A DNA stretch of 64,000 nt from Balanoglossus misakiensis (taxonomy: Eukaryota > Animalia > Hemichordata): positions 4,092,001 to 4,156,000 of the forward strand of contig CM082590.2 in NCBI GenBank assembly GCA_040954595.2, in the 5' to 3' direction. This document shows, piece by piece, positions 48,292 through 63,420 of this stretch (within the stretch, counting starts at the first letter, position 1; every line of letters begins with the position of its first letter). Below the pieces are notes generated by a model. It was given only the letters and a program-made list of their open reading frames with translations. It was not told where the DNA came from and made no database searches. Both the position numbers and the translations under genes were made by a program.

Positions 48292-49779
48292 TTCTACCCA
48301 CAAACGAATCATACTGCAGTGGTCGCCTGATTCAACCAGTAAAGGTCACATGAGGTCATCAATTGTTGTCGGTTTTCTGGTTGACATTTCTCTGAAAACA
48401 CATGTTTTCACGGACTTGACGTTGATATTTTGGCATTTGGTGTGAGTAGTCATGAAGTGTAATGTTTGGAGCATTGCTTGACCCTAGTTACTGTTGTGCG
48501 ATAGGGTGAAATCGTCAGCTGAATTTTATTGTCGATCGTCCATAGGCTCCAGCTTATTATTCGACGTCTGTGTTTCTACCCACACACTAAGTCGTGAAAA
48601 CTATCAGTGATATCTAAAAACCATGGAGGTATCCCCATGCTAAAAATACACAAAATACTGCAATGTTTCAATACTCACTCTGCCAAATCTGTACAGACGA
48701 ATAGTGATGGTTGAGAGTGTAAAGGGGCCTGAACCCATGACTTGCTGAGAAAACAGTTGCTCGCTCCTTGGCTTGGCATGTTTTGGAGAAACATGACACC
48801 GTTCTGGATGTATAACGAACACAGGTCAAGCACTGTCTTACCATAGAACAGGCGACATTGGAGTTGATGACAGAAACACGTGCCATTAAAACAAACTGGC
48901 AGATTCTAGTTTCTAGCCTGCATGCCATGTTTACAACGAAGACGTTGTACGGGTCAAAGGCAAAGGGTCGAAGGTCAGCAACAGCGCCCTCTTGGGGTAT
49001 ATTCTGCGGAACTTTTGAAAGTTCCCGATCTCGTATCCTAAGGACGCCAGCAAAATTCCCCACAGCATTTTAATTCTCATTCAAATATGAAAGAAATAAA
49101 ACTAACCAGCTCTGAATTAGTTGGTTTAAAGGGGAGAAATAAACCCGGTGAAGGCTGGTTGGTTTAAAGTGAGTTTGACTATGAATATGACTCGATCGTT
49201 TGAAACTTCATACGACAGGTGAATTAAGTAACACACTATATAGCGCGTATCAACTTTCAAAGGCCATCTCCGAAAATGCTCATTGGAATTTCACAAGAAT
49301 TTCAGAACTAATTCCCAGAATTGCACTCAGAACAGCGGGCATAGCTGGCAAACATACTTATATCAATAACAATGTTTCAAGGACTATTTTGATTAGGCCT
49401 ATATAAGAAATCGTTTTGTAGAATCGGCGGTCAAAACTATAAAACGAAGACTAAGTTTAAGGTAGAGGTCTACTCAAAATCGAAAATACAATCTAATAGA
49501 GAGAAAACTACACACCACTGATAAGTTAAACTTTTATTTTTCTAGAAGCGTCTGAAAGCTTTAATGATGTCAAATATCCAACATTTATGAAAATTGCGCG
49601 AAATATGATGAAATCGCGCGCATCATGCAAGAACTATGACGTCATTCCACACTACGGCAGCCAGAGAAACAAAAAAAATTACAATATTAATAAAATTGCC
49701 TACCTACCTACCCTTTTTTGAAAACCATGTAATCGGAACACATATATTATTTTTCTGTTGCCTAAGAGTGGAAGAGTGA

Positions 49780-49985
49780 TGTTCAAACTTCTTCGACACG
49801 GTGATGATTCTTGCTGCTGTGTTTTGTGAGCGCTGAAGTAGATTTATTGCAGATTGAGGAAGACCAAACAATAACGAATTGCAGTAATCAAGTTTGGTTT
49901 AAAGAACTGTATGAATTAATTTACAACAATCATTAAAGACAGGTACTGAAATATTGATCCGATGCGTCGAAGATGAAAATAAAAA
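49780..49985 (-). mobile_element. L2/CR1-clade LINE ORF2 3' fragment (copy 1)
   Basis: Paralog of 58198-58403. Confidence 0.75.
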
Positions 49986-50026
49986 CACAAGTTGTAGGGC
50001 CTACTCTCTTGGAGTGAGGAGAAACC

Positions 50027-50140
50027 CGGCCAAACCCCACCCCTAACCCTAACCTTAACCCTAGGAGTGAGGAGGAACCCTAGCCCTAACCGTATCCCTA
50101 ACCCTAACCCTAGGAGTGAGGAGAAACCCTAACCCTAATT
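50027..50140. repeat. Interstitial telomere-like (CCCTAA)n interleaved with ggagtgaggagaaa; paralog 58437-58470
   Basis: Direct observation. Confidence 0.8.
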
Positions 50141-51249
50141 AGGGTCCAAGTGGTCCTCCATGTAACCCGAATTCAAAGGTCTACCAAAAAAAACCATTAT
50201 GTTTTTTAAAGGTTATAAACATTGTAAAAGACAGATTTCAATGAAAATTATTGATTTTAAGTTATTGGAGCTCTAACCCTTGTATATTTCAGGGTGATAA
50301 AATCTCAGGTAACATAGGGGACCAGTTTATCAGTTAAGGTACCTTAAGTGAATTTGTTAAAAGCCTTTTGGTTGACCCTAATAAGTAATCCAGGTGTTAT
50401 TCAATTGTATAAGTGTCCCCTTCTACCCCCCTGCAGGAAAAAAGTGAAAAAATGTTGGTCGAAAAAATGCTGTTAAATTCTTATACTTACTGTGAACTGG
50501 CTGCATCAGAAAAAAAAAAAAAACGAATCTTCACAAGCATGATTTTTGGCATAAAAATAGTTATTTCACCGAATTTTGAAAAACCTTTGGCACGTTTGTA
50601 ATATTTTGGATGCTGATTTATTTTATATTAATTTTTTTTAAATTCATCAAGATTTAGGAATATTATTCAACAAACCTGTTTTGGGGACCACTTTGATGTT
50701 ACCTGTGTATTGTCTATGGGCGAAAATGCGAACTTTCTAATTGCTGCAATATTTCATTGTTTTTAAACATACAGCTGTCAAACTCACATATGTATTAAAG
50801 TTGACATAACAGCTTTCAAAACCAGTTTCAGTTTTAAAATTGAAGGTCGCTAAGTGTGTGAGTTGTAGGTTACAAAATACATACCAAAGGTGAATTTTAA
50901 AATGTTCATGCTTGTTTTGTTCTGAGCACACCAGTTTGTTTATTTCTTAGGCTTTCACTTTGATTGTTCAATATGTTGATTTTTTTGATATACACTTTGC
51001 TTTTTTAAGATTATTTTTTTTATTTTAAGCATTTCAAAGATGAAACTTTGGGTAGACCATTATGAGATGTTAAAGAATATTGAAAAGTTTACACTATTAA
51101 AATTGGACACCATTAAATATTTCAAATAATGCTGCAAATTAGACTGAAATAACTCCCATTGACTTAACATGAATAAAAACAAAGGAATACGTTTTTGGGG
51201 ACACTTGGAGATTTTTCTATGTTGAAAACTCGGCGAAAAACGGGTTGTT

Positions 51250-51775
51250 TTATGCTTATTCTAACGAATATCTTACAATCCAATATATATTTTTTAAGCT
51301 CAGATTATGGGCTCTCTAACCGCTGAAACCGTTTTTCAAAAATCGTAGAATTGAAACCAGAGAGCCAACGATTACAATTTGTTACGATCGTATTTTGCAC
51401 TCACTTCCGGGTTTCGGCCAATTGCAGACAAATAGTTTTTATAAAAGGCTTCGTCTTATGCTTATTCTAACAATTATCTAACAATCCAATATATGGTTTT
51501 AAAGCTTAGAATCTTGGCTCTCTAACCGCTGAAACCGTTTTTCAAAAATCGTAGAATTGAAACCAGAGAGCCAACGATTACAATTTGTTACGATCGTATT
51601 TTGCACTCACTTCCGGGTTTCGGCCAATTGCAGACAAATAGTTTTTATAAAAGGCTTCGTCTTATGCTTATTCTAACAATTATCTAACAATCCAATATAT
51701 GGTTTTAAAGCTTACAATTTTTTACCTTTTTTCAAAAATCGTAGAATTGAAATCAGGGAGCCAACGATTAAAATG
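51250..51775. repeat. 206-bp tandem repeat x2.5 (related units 62448-62840)
   Basis: ttatgcttattctaac at 51250, 51456, 51662. Confidence 0.85.
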
Positions 51776-54700
51776 TGTTATGGTCTTTTTTCGTGTGTAG
51801 GGTTAGGTACTTAGGGATTTTGGCGACAGGCAAAATCCTCAGTTTGTTTAGGTTAAGTTTACATCACTTCTGACTCACTTAGAGTGGGCCGATCTTTAAG
51901 GTGTAACGTGTTTTGAAATCGTCAATTACTGCTCTAAAACATATTACAGACCTGAGTTGCTCTCTTTAAGAATAAATTAATATGTTTGCTAAAAATAAAG
52001 TGATGTTTAAGTGATTCTTTTGTTTTTATGCATGTTAAAGAATAGGACAAATTATAATAGTTGTGACCCTATCCTGATTTGTACAATTTAAGTAGCTTGA
52101 GTACTGTTTTTTCAGGATGTATTGACATTTGAATTCTCTATGCTATAGTACATTTTTTTTGAATGTAGACAAGAAGTTATAAAACCGTAATTATGAAAAT
52201 AATGTCAGTGCCCCATATGCTTTACACTGTAGACAACAGGGTGTCATGGGTTAAAATTTTGGAAAGTAAGAAAACATGTTGTTTTATGCTTGTTATTTTC
52301 AGAATGTGTTAAGAACATAATGGGACACTCCATACATTTTTTTAAAGTTGTTACATGTACAGCAATGCCAGTAGCTATTGGGTCAAAATAGGTAATTCAT
52401 ATATCTCACAATGACATTTTTGTTATATTGCCAATTCCAAATATATGGTCAAGCAGTTACATAAGGTATTAGGGGTGACCATTTACCAATGTGTGCAGCA
52501 ATTTTGGCATTAGCTCTCGCAATTTTTTCTTCAATTTTATATACATTTTTAAGCTGCATAATAAAGCTTATGATGTTTAAAGACATGTTGTCTAGTTTAC
52601 ATCTATAAATATACATATGCACTTGCAATGCTATGAAATTAACAATAATTTTCTCTGTAGGATCGCCAAAACTCATACATAGTTTCAAAGGTGGACAATT
52701 AAGTTTAAGTGGTCCCCCAAACATAAAAAGTAAATTGTATTGTATTGTATTTACCATCTGACATGTAAATTGCAACGTTTGGCTTTATTGTAGGCTATTT
52801 TGGTTGAAGGCAGCGTTCACAAACATCATTGGAGGGGCCATGATTATCAAGAAAAAACATTCTCGTTTTATTCTAACAACACGTTAATGTACATGTGGAT
52901 ATATAGTGAATCAATGTTCGACCACACACAACTTCCATCCCACTTGTATGATATGAGTATGAGAGTAAAAATCTCCCCAAAATGAATAAATGGTAGAGAC
53001 TGATTATTCATTTTGGCGAGTTTTTCACTCTCGTGTCTGCAAGTGGGATGGAAGTTGGGTGTGGTTGAACGTTGATTCACGATATACCCACGTGTAAAAT
53101 AACATAAAGTTAAACAGTGTAGCAAACATAATTGATGGAAAAAGGGCAGCGAGAGAGAGACTTTGTCCCTTTAAAATAATTGTTTATGAATATTTCTAGT
53201 GTTTATATCCTGTACACCAGATATGAAATCAATATTCTCATCCATGGTTTAACCCTTTCACCCCCAGTTCCTATTTAGAGGTCCAAACTTACCATAGAAA
53301 AACAATGGGCGTGGACTGAACCATGGTGGTGAAAGGGTTAATAGATCCTGGAAAATTTACATTATAAAATACTAGCAACAAATTTTGATGACAGTACTGA
53401 TTCTTAAAGATACACATACAATTTATGAAATTTGGCAAGTTTCAAAAAACTGTTCAGTAAGTTCTTATTTTGGGGGATTTAATTTGCACTAATTTGCTTC
53501 ATATGCAAATAAGCATGTTATAAACATGACACTGGTAAATATTCTGTCATATAATATCTCTGAAGGATCAAAATACTGTTATATCAAGGTACATGTGGTA
53601 ATTTCACAAAATATGTAACTAATCAGAAAGGTTCATCAAAAGGCCAATTTTTCTGGTCAAGGTTGAGTTAATTTAATCCTCAATAACACCTGTACTGGCA
53701 ACTACTAGATTAACCTTGATTCTTGGGACCATCAGATAAATGGATATCACCAATGCCTATAACCCAGCTGATGTATTGATTTGGGGCTGGCTATTAACCC
53801 AACCACCCTTACAAAGATATCAATAGAATTCTAAAGCCTAAATGAGTACTTCCATAGAAGTTGATAGATTTTCTATGTAGTTTTATGTCATTTTAATTTT
53901 GGCACATTTTTCTATTGCATTTTATGGAAATGTCAAAATCTAGGTACTGAACTCTATAGAACCAGGGTTTCAACCAAGATGGGGATATGCTACCCTTTGC
54001 CAGAATATTATTTATTTATTTATTTATTTATTTTTTATTTTTTTTTTTTTTTTTTTGGGGGGGGGGGGCACTTTGGTAAGAGGGAATGTAATATCTCCAA
54101 CATGTTAGTCACATCATCAAGTTAAGTGGTGTTGGTTCCCCCTGGCAATGTGCAAGGGGTGCCAACACGTCAAGAGGAGTTGAATCCCCCCATCTCCCAT
54201 CTAGATGAAACACTGTAAGACATGTTTCATTAGGGCAAAAAAAATCAAAAGTGATATTACAATACAATAAAGTCACTGTAGTTCCAAAATGGGGCAACGA
54301 CACAATTATTTTGTTTAATTTTTTTTCCAATCATTGTCAATCTACTACTAATGCATACTCTAGTTGTTCAATAGTTAATAATCGCATGTTTTGGACAAAA
54401 TCTTCATCCTCTGCAGTTATTTTGGCTTAATATTTATGCATTACACTGAGTTGAATTCTGTCTGGCCGGACACAGATAGAAATGTTTGACAAGCAGTGTT
54501 ATCAAAGTGATATGCGCGATAAATTATTTTTTTCTTTGCCTAACTATTGTTGAATTACTTTTCCTCAAACTACAGTTCTTGTAGGAGAAGACTTACAAGT
54601 TCAATAAACTAAACCGTATAATATATACGGTATACCAGTACACAATGTAAATTGAATTGCTCACAGCAAAACAACTGGTAGGTTAAAGACTCTGAGGTCC

Positions 54701-56486
54701 ATAAGCTTAGTACAGGTCAAAGGTTAAGGATGTTATTTATTGCAAATGAACAAATACACTGTTATCGATTGCAAAATATTTGCAGGAGAAAGCTTTTGTG
54801 TATGAAGTAGTGTGATAAGACATGAAAAATAGAGACTTTTTCTATTAAGTCACCTCATACTTTTAGCTAGCTGCAACATTTTTTTGCATATTTGCAACTT
54901 TTGTGAAATTATCAGGAAAGTTTTTTTCAAACTGTACTAATATACGCCAATCCAGATGTATGCACTGAAGTATATACAGGTTTTATAAACCCTAAGTATG
55001 TGTGTATGCAAGTTTTAATTGATAAATAATTAAGCCTTTTTTGCATTCTTCAAGACATGTGTGGTCTGGAGTATGTATTTACTGAATTTTGACATCAAAA
55101 AGAGAAAATGTCTCTTAAATTACCTCATATTATAAAAATTCCTGAATGTTAGTGGGATACAGATTAAAATGTGTTCAAAATGTAGTGACAATATTTTGAG
55201 TATTTTTCAGGACCTGTTACATATAAAATTAAGTTGAAAATGTACATATTTAGGCCATGCAGTTATAAAACTCTGAACAAGATAAAGTTAAAAACCTAAA
55301 GTAAACTTTGGTATCCTGTTTTGATCAGGGTTTTACCAGGTACATTGTTGACAAAGTCAACACACTGTCTTGATTTATACTTGTTTTGACCTTCACTGTC
55401 AAAGAAATTTCTCTTATTTGGTTCATGTTAAGGTATTTATGTGCCCTAAAAATCAAAATATTCAACTTTTTTTTCACATTCAACTATTCTTTGTTAAAAA
55501 TGAGAATACAAATGGGGGGGGGGGGGGGGTAACAATGCATGAGAGATTAAACAAATTTGAAATCCAAAATAAGTTTGTCTCATTTGGTTCATGCTTAATA
55601 TACTTATGTACCCTGAAAATAAAACTAGGGGTCACTATGCACAATTTTGTATGGGAGATTGAACTTTTTTTTTCAAATTTAAAATCCAAAATGGCTGCCA
55701 GTGCATGTGTTAAGTCTATGGAGAAAAATTAAATTATGAAAAACAAGGTGGCAAACTTACACCATGATATTTTCTTTGATTTCAAAAAGACTCTTCACAT
55801 ATATACTAAAGAGCTTAAATGTTTAAATTTTGTCATCTGTTCTTGAGGCACATATTACCTTAAAGTTTGTTAGTCCATAGTCCCTTTAGGGTCCTGTTAG
55901 TCTATATCTTTGTCTGGTTATCTGTGAATTTATGATTTCAGTGTAAGTACACAGTACATACTCTTTATCAACCAGGTTAGCAATAAAAACCCGAAGAAAA
56001 GAAATGCTGTTGTTCTGATAACATTATTTTCAAAAGTAGGTTACACATAGTAAAGTTTGTCTGGCTATGATTTATGTAGAAAATGCAAACAAGAAATATC
56101 AACTTCTCAAGATTTTTTGTTTTTCAACAGGTAAAAAAACACAAATAAATTTAGAATATCTTTTCTCTGTAGTTGACCTTACTTTTCTCTGTAATTGACC
56201 ACTATTTAGAGTCAGTTTTCATTTTTTCCTCCAATTTATTCTCTAGAATTCTCTGAGAGTTGCCAAGCAAAACTGAATAACACAGCAAAATTGTCTCAAA
56301 TTTGAAATTCAAGATGGCCTTAATTAACTCTATGGAGAAAATTATATATTTTTTTTCAAAAGACAATGAAAACAATTTTCTTCTTTGTTTTCAAAAAGAC
56401 TCCCCACATGCATTAATATATCAAAGAATTGACAGGTTTGGAGAACTATAATTTTTTCTGTACAGCTGACCCTGAAGCATATTACC

Positions 56487-57230
56487 TTAAGGTGGCATTG
56501 CATGAAACCATCGAGACTTTTTCAGAGGCCTATTTATCATCAAAGACAACGTTAAAACCCCCATAAACCATATATATTCTGGAAGCTGAGTTTTTGAACT
56601 TTTGTTTGAGTTGCAAATATTATTGATCCCCGGAAATGATGGCGATTTTGGGTGAAAAAAAAAACATTTTTTGATATTATGTCATTAAATTTAAATTAGG
56701 TAAAAAAGTTGACCATGCATCATGCATCTTAATATGTCATTCGAAACTAGAGTACACGTGCAAAAAAACGGTAATTTTGTTTTGCGTTATCTGCTTCCAT
56801 TGAGGAGCAACAGCGTTTGAAAGTTAGATTTTTAGTAAAATTTGATCAAATTCACGGTGAGTTGTATTGAATCAGAGTTTATTCCCACCAGGGACACTTT
56901 ATCGACTAACAAAACTAGCGTTTTGTTGGATGGGTCATACACAATCCCCTATTAAAATTTGAGCAAATTCAGCCAACGCAGAGTAAAGCTATTTTCGTCT
57001 GAAGTTGTCAAGAGCAGCGAAAATGCAAACTGAGAAAAACGGCCATTTGCATTGTTGACACCTATTTTTTAAGCTGTGAACTCATTCAGAAAAGTGCTAT
57101 TTTGGGGTGATTATGCACCATTTCCGCCAAGACGTATTAGTCAGGATGTGGGTCAATATAAGGCCTACCGATTTATGTAAAAAAGTAAAATTTGGCAAAA
57201 ATCACAAGTTTTCATGCAATGCCACCTTAA
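56487..57230. mobile_element. TTAA-flanked TIR MITE (Kolobok-like)
   Basis: ttaa|ggtggcattgcatgaaa ... tttcatgcaatgccacc|ttaa. Confidence 0.85.
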
Positions 57231-58197
57231 TTAAGGTCATTTTTCATCTATAAGTAAATAATTACCTTTAATTACCTGTTATTTATCAATGAAATATTAT
57301 GCACACATTTCAATCTACTCGGGAAGTGACTAATTATAACTTCACTAATATTCTGTTGAAATGACAATGATGTATGTAAATTGGAAATTTATCTTGATAG
57401 AATAATTCATAATTAAATAGCATACTATTAATAAAATGAATGTCGTTTTATTTATCATGAACATCTTTTTTAATCTACATAAATTGAATGCTATTAAAAA
57501 AAATAATATAAATTAAGCTGCACTCCCCTAAATATAAAATGGTTTACCCCTAAGTCTAATCTGATGTATAGTGTGGTACAATTTGTGGCAATAAAATGGC
57601 AACCACTTTAGTGTTCAGTGAAAACAGTGTGGGACATATTTATCCACCTGACCAGTATTAGAAACATATTTTTTTTAAGAAATCGTTTTAAGGATGTACG
57701 TGCAGAACATAAACCGGAAAACTGCGCACACTCGTCTTATTCCCATAGGATTACATTTGATAATTGCTAGAAAACAAACTTCTACTCTTGCCATTTTCAT
57801 GAAATTTCACACAAAGCTCAGTCCAGTAAATATAAATTCATTGGTCAAATAAAATATAGGGGTCTACGCGCTCAATGTTGAGATAAATTGCGCTTAAAAA
57901 TTTGCATTCATTAATAGAGAGAAAACTACATGCCACTGATAAGTTAAACTTTTATTTTTCTAGAAGCGTCCGAAAGCTTTAATGATGTCAAATATAAAAA
58001 AAATTATGAAAATTGTGCGGAATATGATGAAATCGCGCGCGTCATGCAAGAACTATGATGTCATTCCACACTACGGCAGCCAGAGAAACAAAAAAATTAC
58101 AATATTAATAAAATTGCCTACCTACCTACCCTCTTTTGAAAACCATGTAATCGGAACACATATATTATTGTTCTGTTGCCTAAGAGCGGAAGAGTGA

Positions 58198-58403
58198 TGT
58201 TCAAACTTCTTCGACACGGTGATGATTCTTGCTGCTGTATTTTGTGAGCGCTGAAGAAGATTTGTTGCAGATTGAGGAAGACCGAACAGTAACGAATTGC
58301 AGTAATCAAGTTTGGTTGAAAGAACTGCATGAATTAAAGTACAACAATCATTAGAAGACAGGTACTGACGTATTGATCTGATGCGTCGAAGATGAAAAAG
58401 CAC
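58198..58403 (-). mobile_element. L2/CR1-clade LINE ORF2 3' fragment (copy 2)
   Basis: FHLRRIRSIRQYL..LIHAVLSTKLDYCNSLLFGLP..LQRSQNTAARII is the typical L2 post-RT motif. Confidence 0.85.
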
Positions 58404-60214
58404 AAGTTGTAGGGCCTACTCTCTTGAGTGAGGAGAAACCCTAACCCTAACCCTAGCCCTAACCCTAATTAGGGTCCAACGGGCATTAGGGGACCTGAGA
58501 TTTCGGGCTCTAACCCTACTGCCTTGCCAATGTTTTTTTTACCCCTCCTTTTGATACAATGTAGGTAAACGTGTAAACAACAACAACAACAAATATCAAC
58601 AAAAACAAGTCAACCCTTCCATGTTTTTATAAGGTCGAGTCCCCCAGTGCCCAACTCATGTCTTGTTTGGCCAAAAAAAGAGGGTTAGAGAAAATTGTTT
58701 GGATTTATTTTGTTATCTTTTAGGTTGTTGTTTTTGGTCCCCTGTCTAACCCAGAAAGGCCAAAAAATGCCTTGGTGGGTATATGCAAGTTGCTCCAGAC
58801 GGCAAGTCCAAATTGTGCATGGACGGATTTCTTGGTAGGTACTTTGAACTTGACCTTGAAAAGTTATTGCGGAAAAACCTATTGAAAAAAACATACTTTT
58901 TAGGGTACGCGGTGTCACCCCCTTAATATAGTTGGAAACCACTGAAAATTACAGGATAGATTGATAATAAGTTGTTATAATGTGGTGTGGTGAAAAAATG
59001 TTGAAATTCGAAGGTCAAGGTCAACTTCGCCATTGCTTATAGTTGCTGGTTTACCTATGTCGGATTTCATTATCCTTTGACCTTTGTCCTTGATATTTGG
59101 TACACAAGTAGAGTGTCTATCTATAAACTCTTGACAAAAGTTACATTGAAATATTTTAACGTAAAAGCACTTTTTTGACCATAAAGCAAACTTCTGTAAA
59201 TTAGCTGTAAATTAGCTTTTTTTTAATATACACTTTGCTTTTTTAAGATTATTTTTTTATTTTAAGCATTTCAAAGATGAAACTTTCCAGAAACCATGAT
59301 GAGATGTTCTAGAATATAAAAAAGTTTACACTTTTGAGATTGGACGCCATTAAGTATTCCAAATGTTGTAGCAAAATAGACTGAAATAATGCCCGTAGAC
59401 TTAACATGTATAAAAACAAAAGAATACATTTTTTGGACACTTGGTAATTTTTTTTAATGTATTTGTTTTGTCTTTCTTTAATATATGATATAGAGTAGTA
59501 ATTGCTCTATTCAAAACACTATTTTGTTTAAAGATCTGATTTCATTTAGTCTTTTATTTTAATTTATTCTATTGTAATTATGCATGTTCAAGTATAGGGA
59601 AAATATTCAGTTTTGAGGTTAAGTTTGCATTACTTTTAACACACTTAGGGTTGGCCGATCTTCAAACTGTAACCGGTTTTGAGACCACCAATAACTGCTC
59701 TAAAACATATTGAAGACCGGATGTAAAATCATTAAGAATAAATTTATAGGTGTGGCCACAATAAAGGGATGTAAAAGTAATTATTTCGCTTTAATTGCAT
59801 GTTAAAGAATAGGAAAAAATGATAACATTAGAGACCCTATCATAAAATGTAAAATAAAGGAGCTTAAGAGCTGATTTTTCCAGGAATGATAGACATTTAA
59901 ATTCTCTATTCTGGGGTACCTTAATATCTAAGAAATGTAGACAAGAAGTTATAAAAATATAATTATGAAACAAAATGGTTGTGCCCCATAGGCTTTACTT
60001 TTTAGAAAACAGGGTGTCATAGGTAAAAAATTAGGAAAGTAAGAAAACATGTCATTTAAAGCTTGTTATTTTCAGAGACTGTTAAGAACATGATGGGATA
60101 CTACATACATTTTTTTAAAGTTGTTACATGTACAGCAATGCCAGTAACTATGAATACAAACTAGGTAATTCATAAACCTCATATAGAAATTTTCGCTATA
60201 TTGCTGCCTTATTT

Positions 60215-61985
60215 TTGGCACACCTGTTTATTTATTTTTATTTTAAAGATTTAACATCGAGTCTTCAATATGTTGTAGAGTAATAGTTGGCCATCTCAAA
60301 ACAGGTTACACTTTAAAGATAGACCCACTCCAAGTGTTACAGTAGTGTTGCAAACATTAGCTAAAACTTACATTTTCCCCTATACCTTAACATAGAAAAC
60401 ATCACTTTACTTTTGGCACACCTATTAATTTATTCTTAAAGATTTCACATCGGGTCTTCAATATGTTTTAGAGTAATAGTTGGAGATCTCAAAACAGTTT
60501 ACACTTTAAAGATAGACCCACTCCAAGTGTTACAGTATTATTGCAAACATTACCTAGAAACAGTGATTCACCCTATACTTTAACATGCATGTAGACATAA
60601 GATCCACTGTAACATCACTTTACTTTTGCAACACCTGTTTATTTATTATTAAAGATTTAACATTGAGTCTTCAATATGTTTTAGAGTAATAGTTGGCCAT
60701 CTCAAAACAGGTTACACTTTAAAGATAGACCCACTCCAAGTGTTACAGTAGTGTTGCAAACATTAGCTAAAACTTACATTTTCCCCTATACCTTAACATA
60801 GAAAACATCACTTTACTTTTGGCACACCTATTAATTTATTCTTAAAGATTTCACATCGGGTCTTCAATATGTTTTAGAGTAATAGTTGGAGATCTCAAAA
60901 CAGTTTACACTTTAAAGATAGACCCACTCCAAGTGTTACAGTATTATTGCAAACATTACCTAGAAACAGTGATTCACCCTATACTTTAACATGCATGTAG
61001 ACATAAGATCCACTGTAACATCACTTTACTTTTGCAACACCTGTTTATTTATTATTAAAGATTTAACATTGAGTCTTCAATATGTTTTAGAGTAATAGTT
61101 GGCCATCTCAAAACAGGTTACACTTTAAAGATAGACCCACTCCAAGTGTTACAGTAGTGTTGCAAACATTAGCTAAAACTTACATTTTCCCCTATACCTT
61201 AACATAGAAAACATCACTTTACTTTTGGCACACCTATTAATTTATTCTTAAAGATTTCACATCGGGTCTTCAATATGTTTTAGAGTAATAGTTGGAGATC
61301 TCAAAACAGTTTACACTTTAAAGATAGACCCACTCCAAGTGTTACAGTATTATTGCAAACATTACCTAGAAACAGTGATTCACCCTATACTTTAACATGC
61401 ATGTAGACATAAGATCCACTGTAACATCACTTTACTTTTGCAACACCTGTTTATTTATTATTAAAGATTTAACATTGAGTCTTCAATATGTTTTAGAGTA
61501 ATAGTTGGCCATCTCAAAACAGGTTACACTTTAAAGATAGACCCACTCCAAGTGTTACAGTAGTGTTGCAAACATTAGCTAAAACTTACATTTTCCCCTA
61601 TACCTTAACATAGAAAACATCACTTTACTTTTGGCACACCTATTAATTTATTCTTAAAGATTTCACATCGGGTCTTCAATATGTTTTAGAGTAATAGTTG
61701 GAGATCTCAAAACAGTTTACACTTTAAAGATAGACCCACTCCAAGTGTTACAGTATTATTGCAAACATTACCTAGAAACAGTGATTCACCCTATACTTTA
61801 ACATGCATGTAGACATAAGATCCACTGTAACATCACTTTACTTTTGCAACACCTGTTTATTTATTATTAAAGATTTAACATTGAGTCTTCAATATGTTTT
61901 AGAGTAATAGTTGGCCATCTCAAAACAGGTTACACTTTAAAGATAGACCCACTCCAAGTGTTACAGTAGTGTTGCAAACATTGGC
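60215..61985. repeat. 406-bp higher-order satellite (213+193-bp related subunits), ~4.4 copies
   Basis: ggcacacctattaat at 60415, 60821, 61227, 61633. Confidence 0.93.
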
Positions 61986-63420
61986 TCAAACTTACATATT
62001 TTCTGTGTGAAATTTATGAATTACCTAGTTTGTATCAATAGTTTATGGCATTATAGTACGGGTAACAACTTAAAAAATGTAGGTAGTATCCCATCATGTT
62101 CTTAAGAGTCTCTGAAAATTACAAGCATTAAACAACATGTTTTCGTACTTTCCTAATTTTTTACCTATGACACCCTTTTTTCTACAGTGTTAACCCAATG
62201 GGGCACAAACATTTTGTTTCATAATTATATTTTTTATAACTTCTTGTTTGAATTTGAAAAACAACAATTCCCCTACAGCATAGAGAATAAAAAGGTTTAT
62301 CAATTCTGAAAAAATTAGAACTTAAGCTTCTTTTGAAAAGATTTTACAGCAATTTCTAAACTTGGCCCATAGGAATACATGCATTAAAATAAGCTAGAAG
62401 ATAGGCAATTTTTAACTTGGCGACATTTTTTCAAAAAGGTTTAGTTTTATGCTTATTGAAACAAATATCTTACAATCCGATACATGGTTTTGAAGCTTAG
62501 ATTCTGCTCTCTCTAACCGCTGAAACCGTTTTTCAAGAATCGTAAGAATGAAATCAGAGAGCCAACGATTAGGATTAGTTACGATCTTAATTTGCACACA
62601 CTTCTGGGTTTCGGCTAATTGTACGCACATACTTTTTAAAAAAGGCTTCGTTTATTGCTTATTCTAATAAATATCTAACAATCCAATATATGGTTTTAAA
62701 GCTAAGAATCTTGGCTTTCTAACCGCTGAAATCGTTTTTTAAAAATCGTAGAAAATGAAATCAGAGAGCCGTCGATTACGATTTGTAATGGTTGTATTAG
62801 GGTTAGGGTTTTACAACCATTTTCGGGTTTCGGCGACAGGCTGACGAATATGCTTTTTTTAAGAGTTTGCTTTAATTATTTCACGAATCCAACATATCAT
62901 GAGAAAGAGCAGATCTTGTGCTTCCCAACGATATACATGATTTTCTTATTTGTTTTTATTTTCAATACATAATTCATTGATTTTGTAGCACACTGTCAAG
63001 CACGATGCTTGCTATTGCCATTTAAAATACGACTCCCTAACTTACTCTTAATCTTACTTCCCACGAAACCTCGGTTTTCTCGTCGACGAAAACATTAAAT
63101 CTACGTTATAATGCATTAGAGATACAGTTTAAACCGCTAGCAAAAGGTACTCTATTTACTTAAGAGTCCATCTAAGGTTTTTCCCGAGTTTGTGCGCTAC
63201 TCCAGTCACTCATTTGCTCAAAGTATTTCGTCCGTCAACCGCTATTCAAGGCACTCATTCAAGGCACTCATTTCTTAAAGGTCATCATTGATTATTTTGT
63301 TCTTAGGTTCGTCAAGAGTAAACCGCTATTCAAGGCACTCTTTTTCTGTAAGGTCACCATTTATTATAAGGTTCTTTCGTCCGTCAAGAGTAAACCGCTA
63401 TTCAAGGCACTCTATTCACT

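Noticed and set aside
48668-49063. 131-aa ORF
   Set aside because: No recognisable motif or splice context
50027-50140. True telomere or chromosome-fusion site
   Set aside because: Short, interrupted and duplicated with the same flank at 58437, so part of an interspersed element
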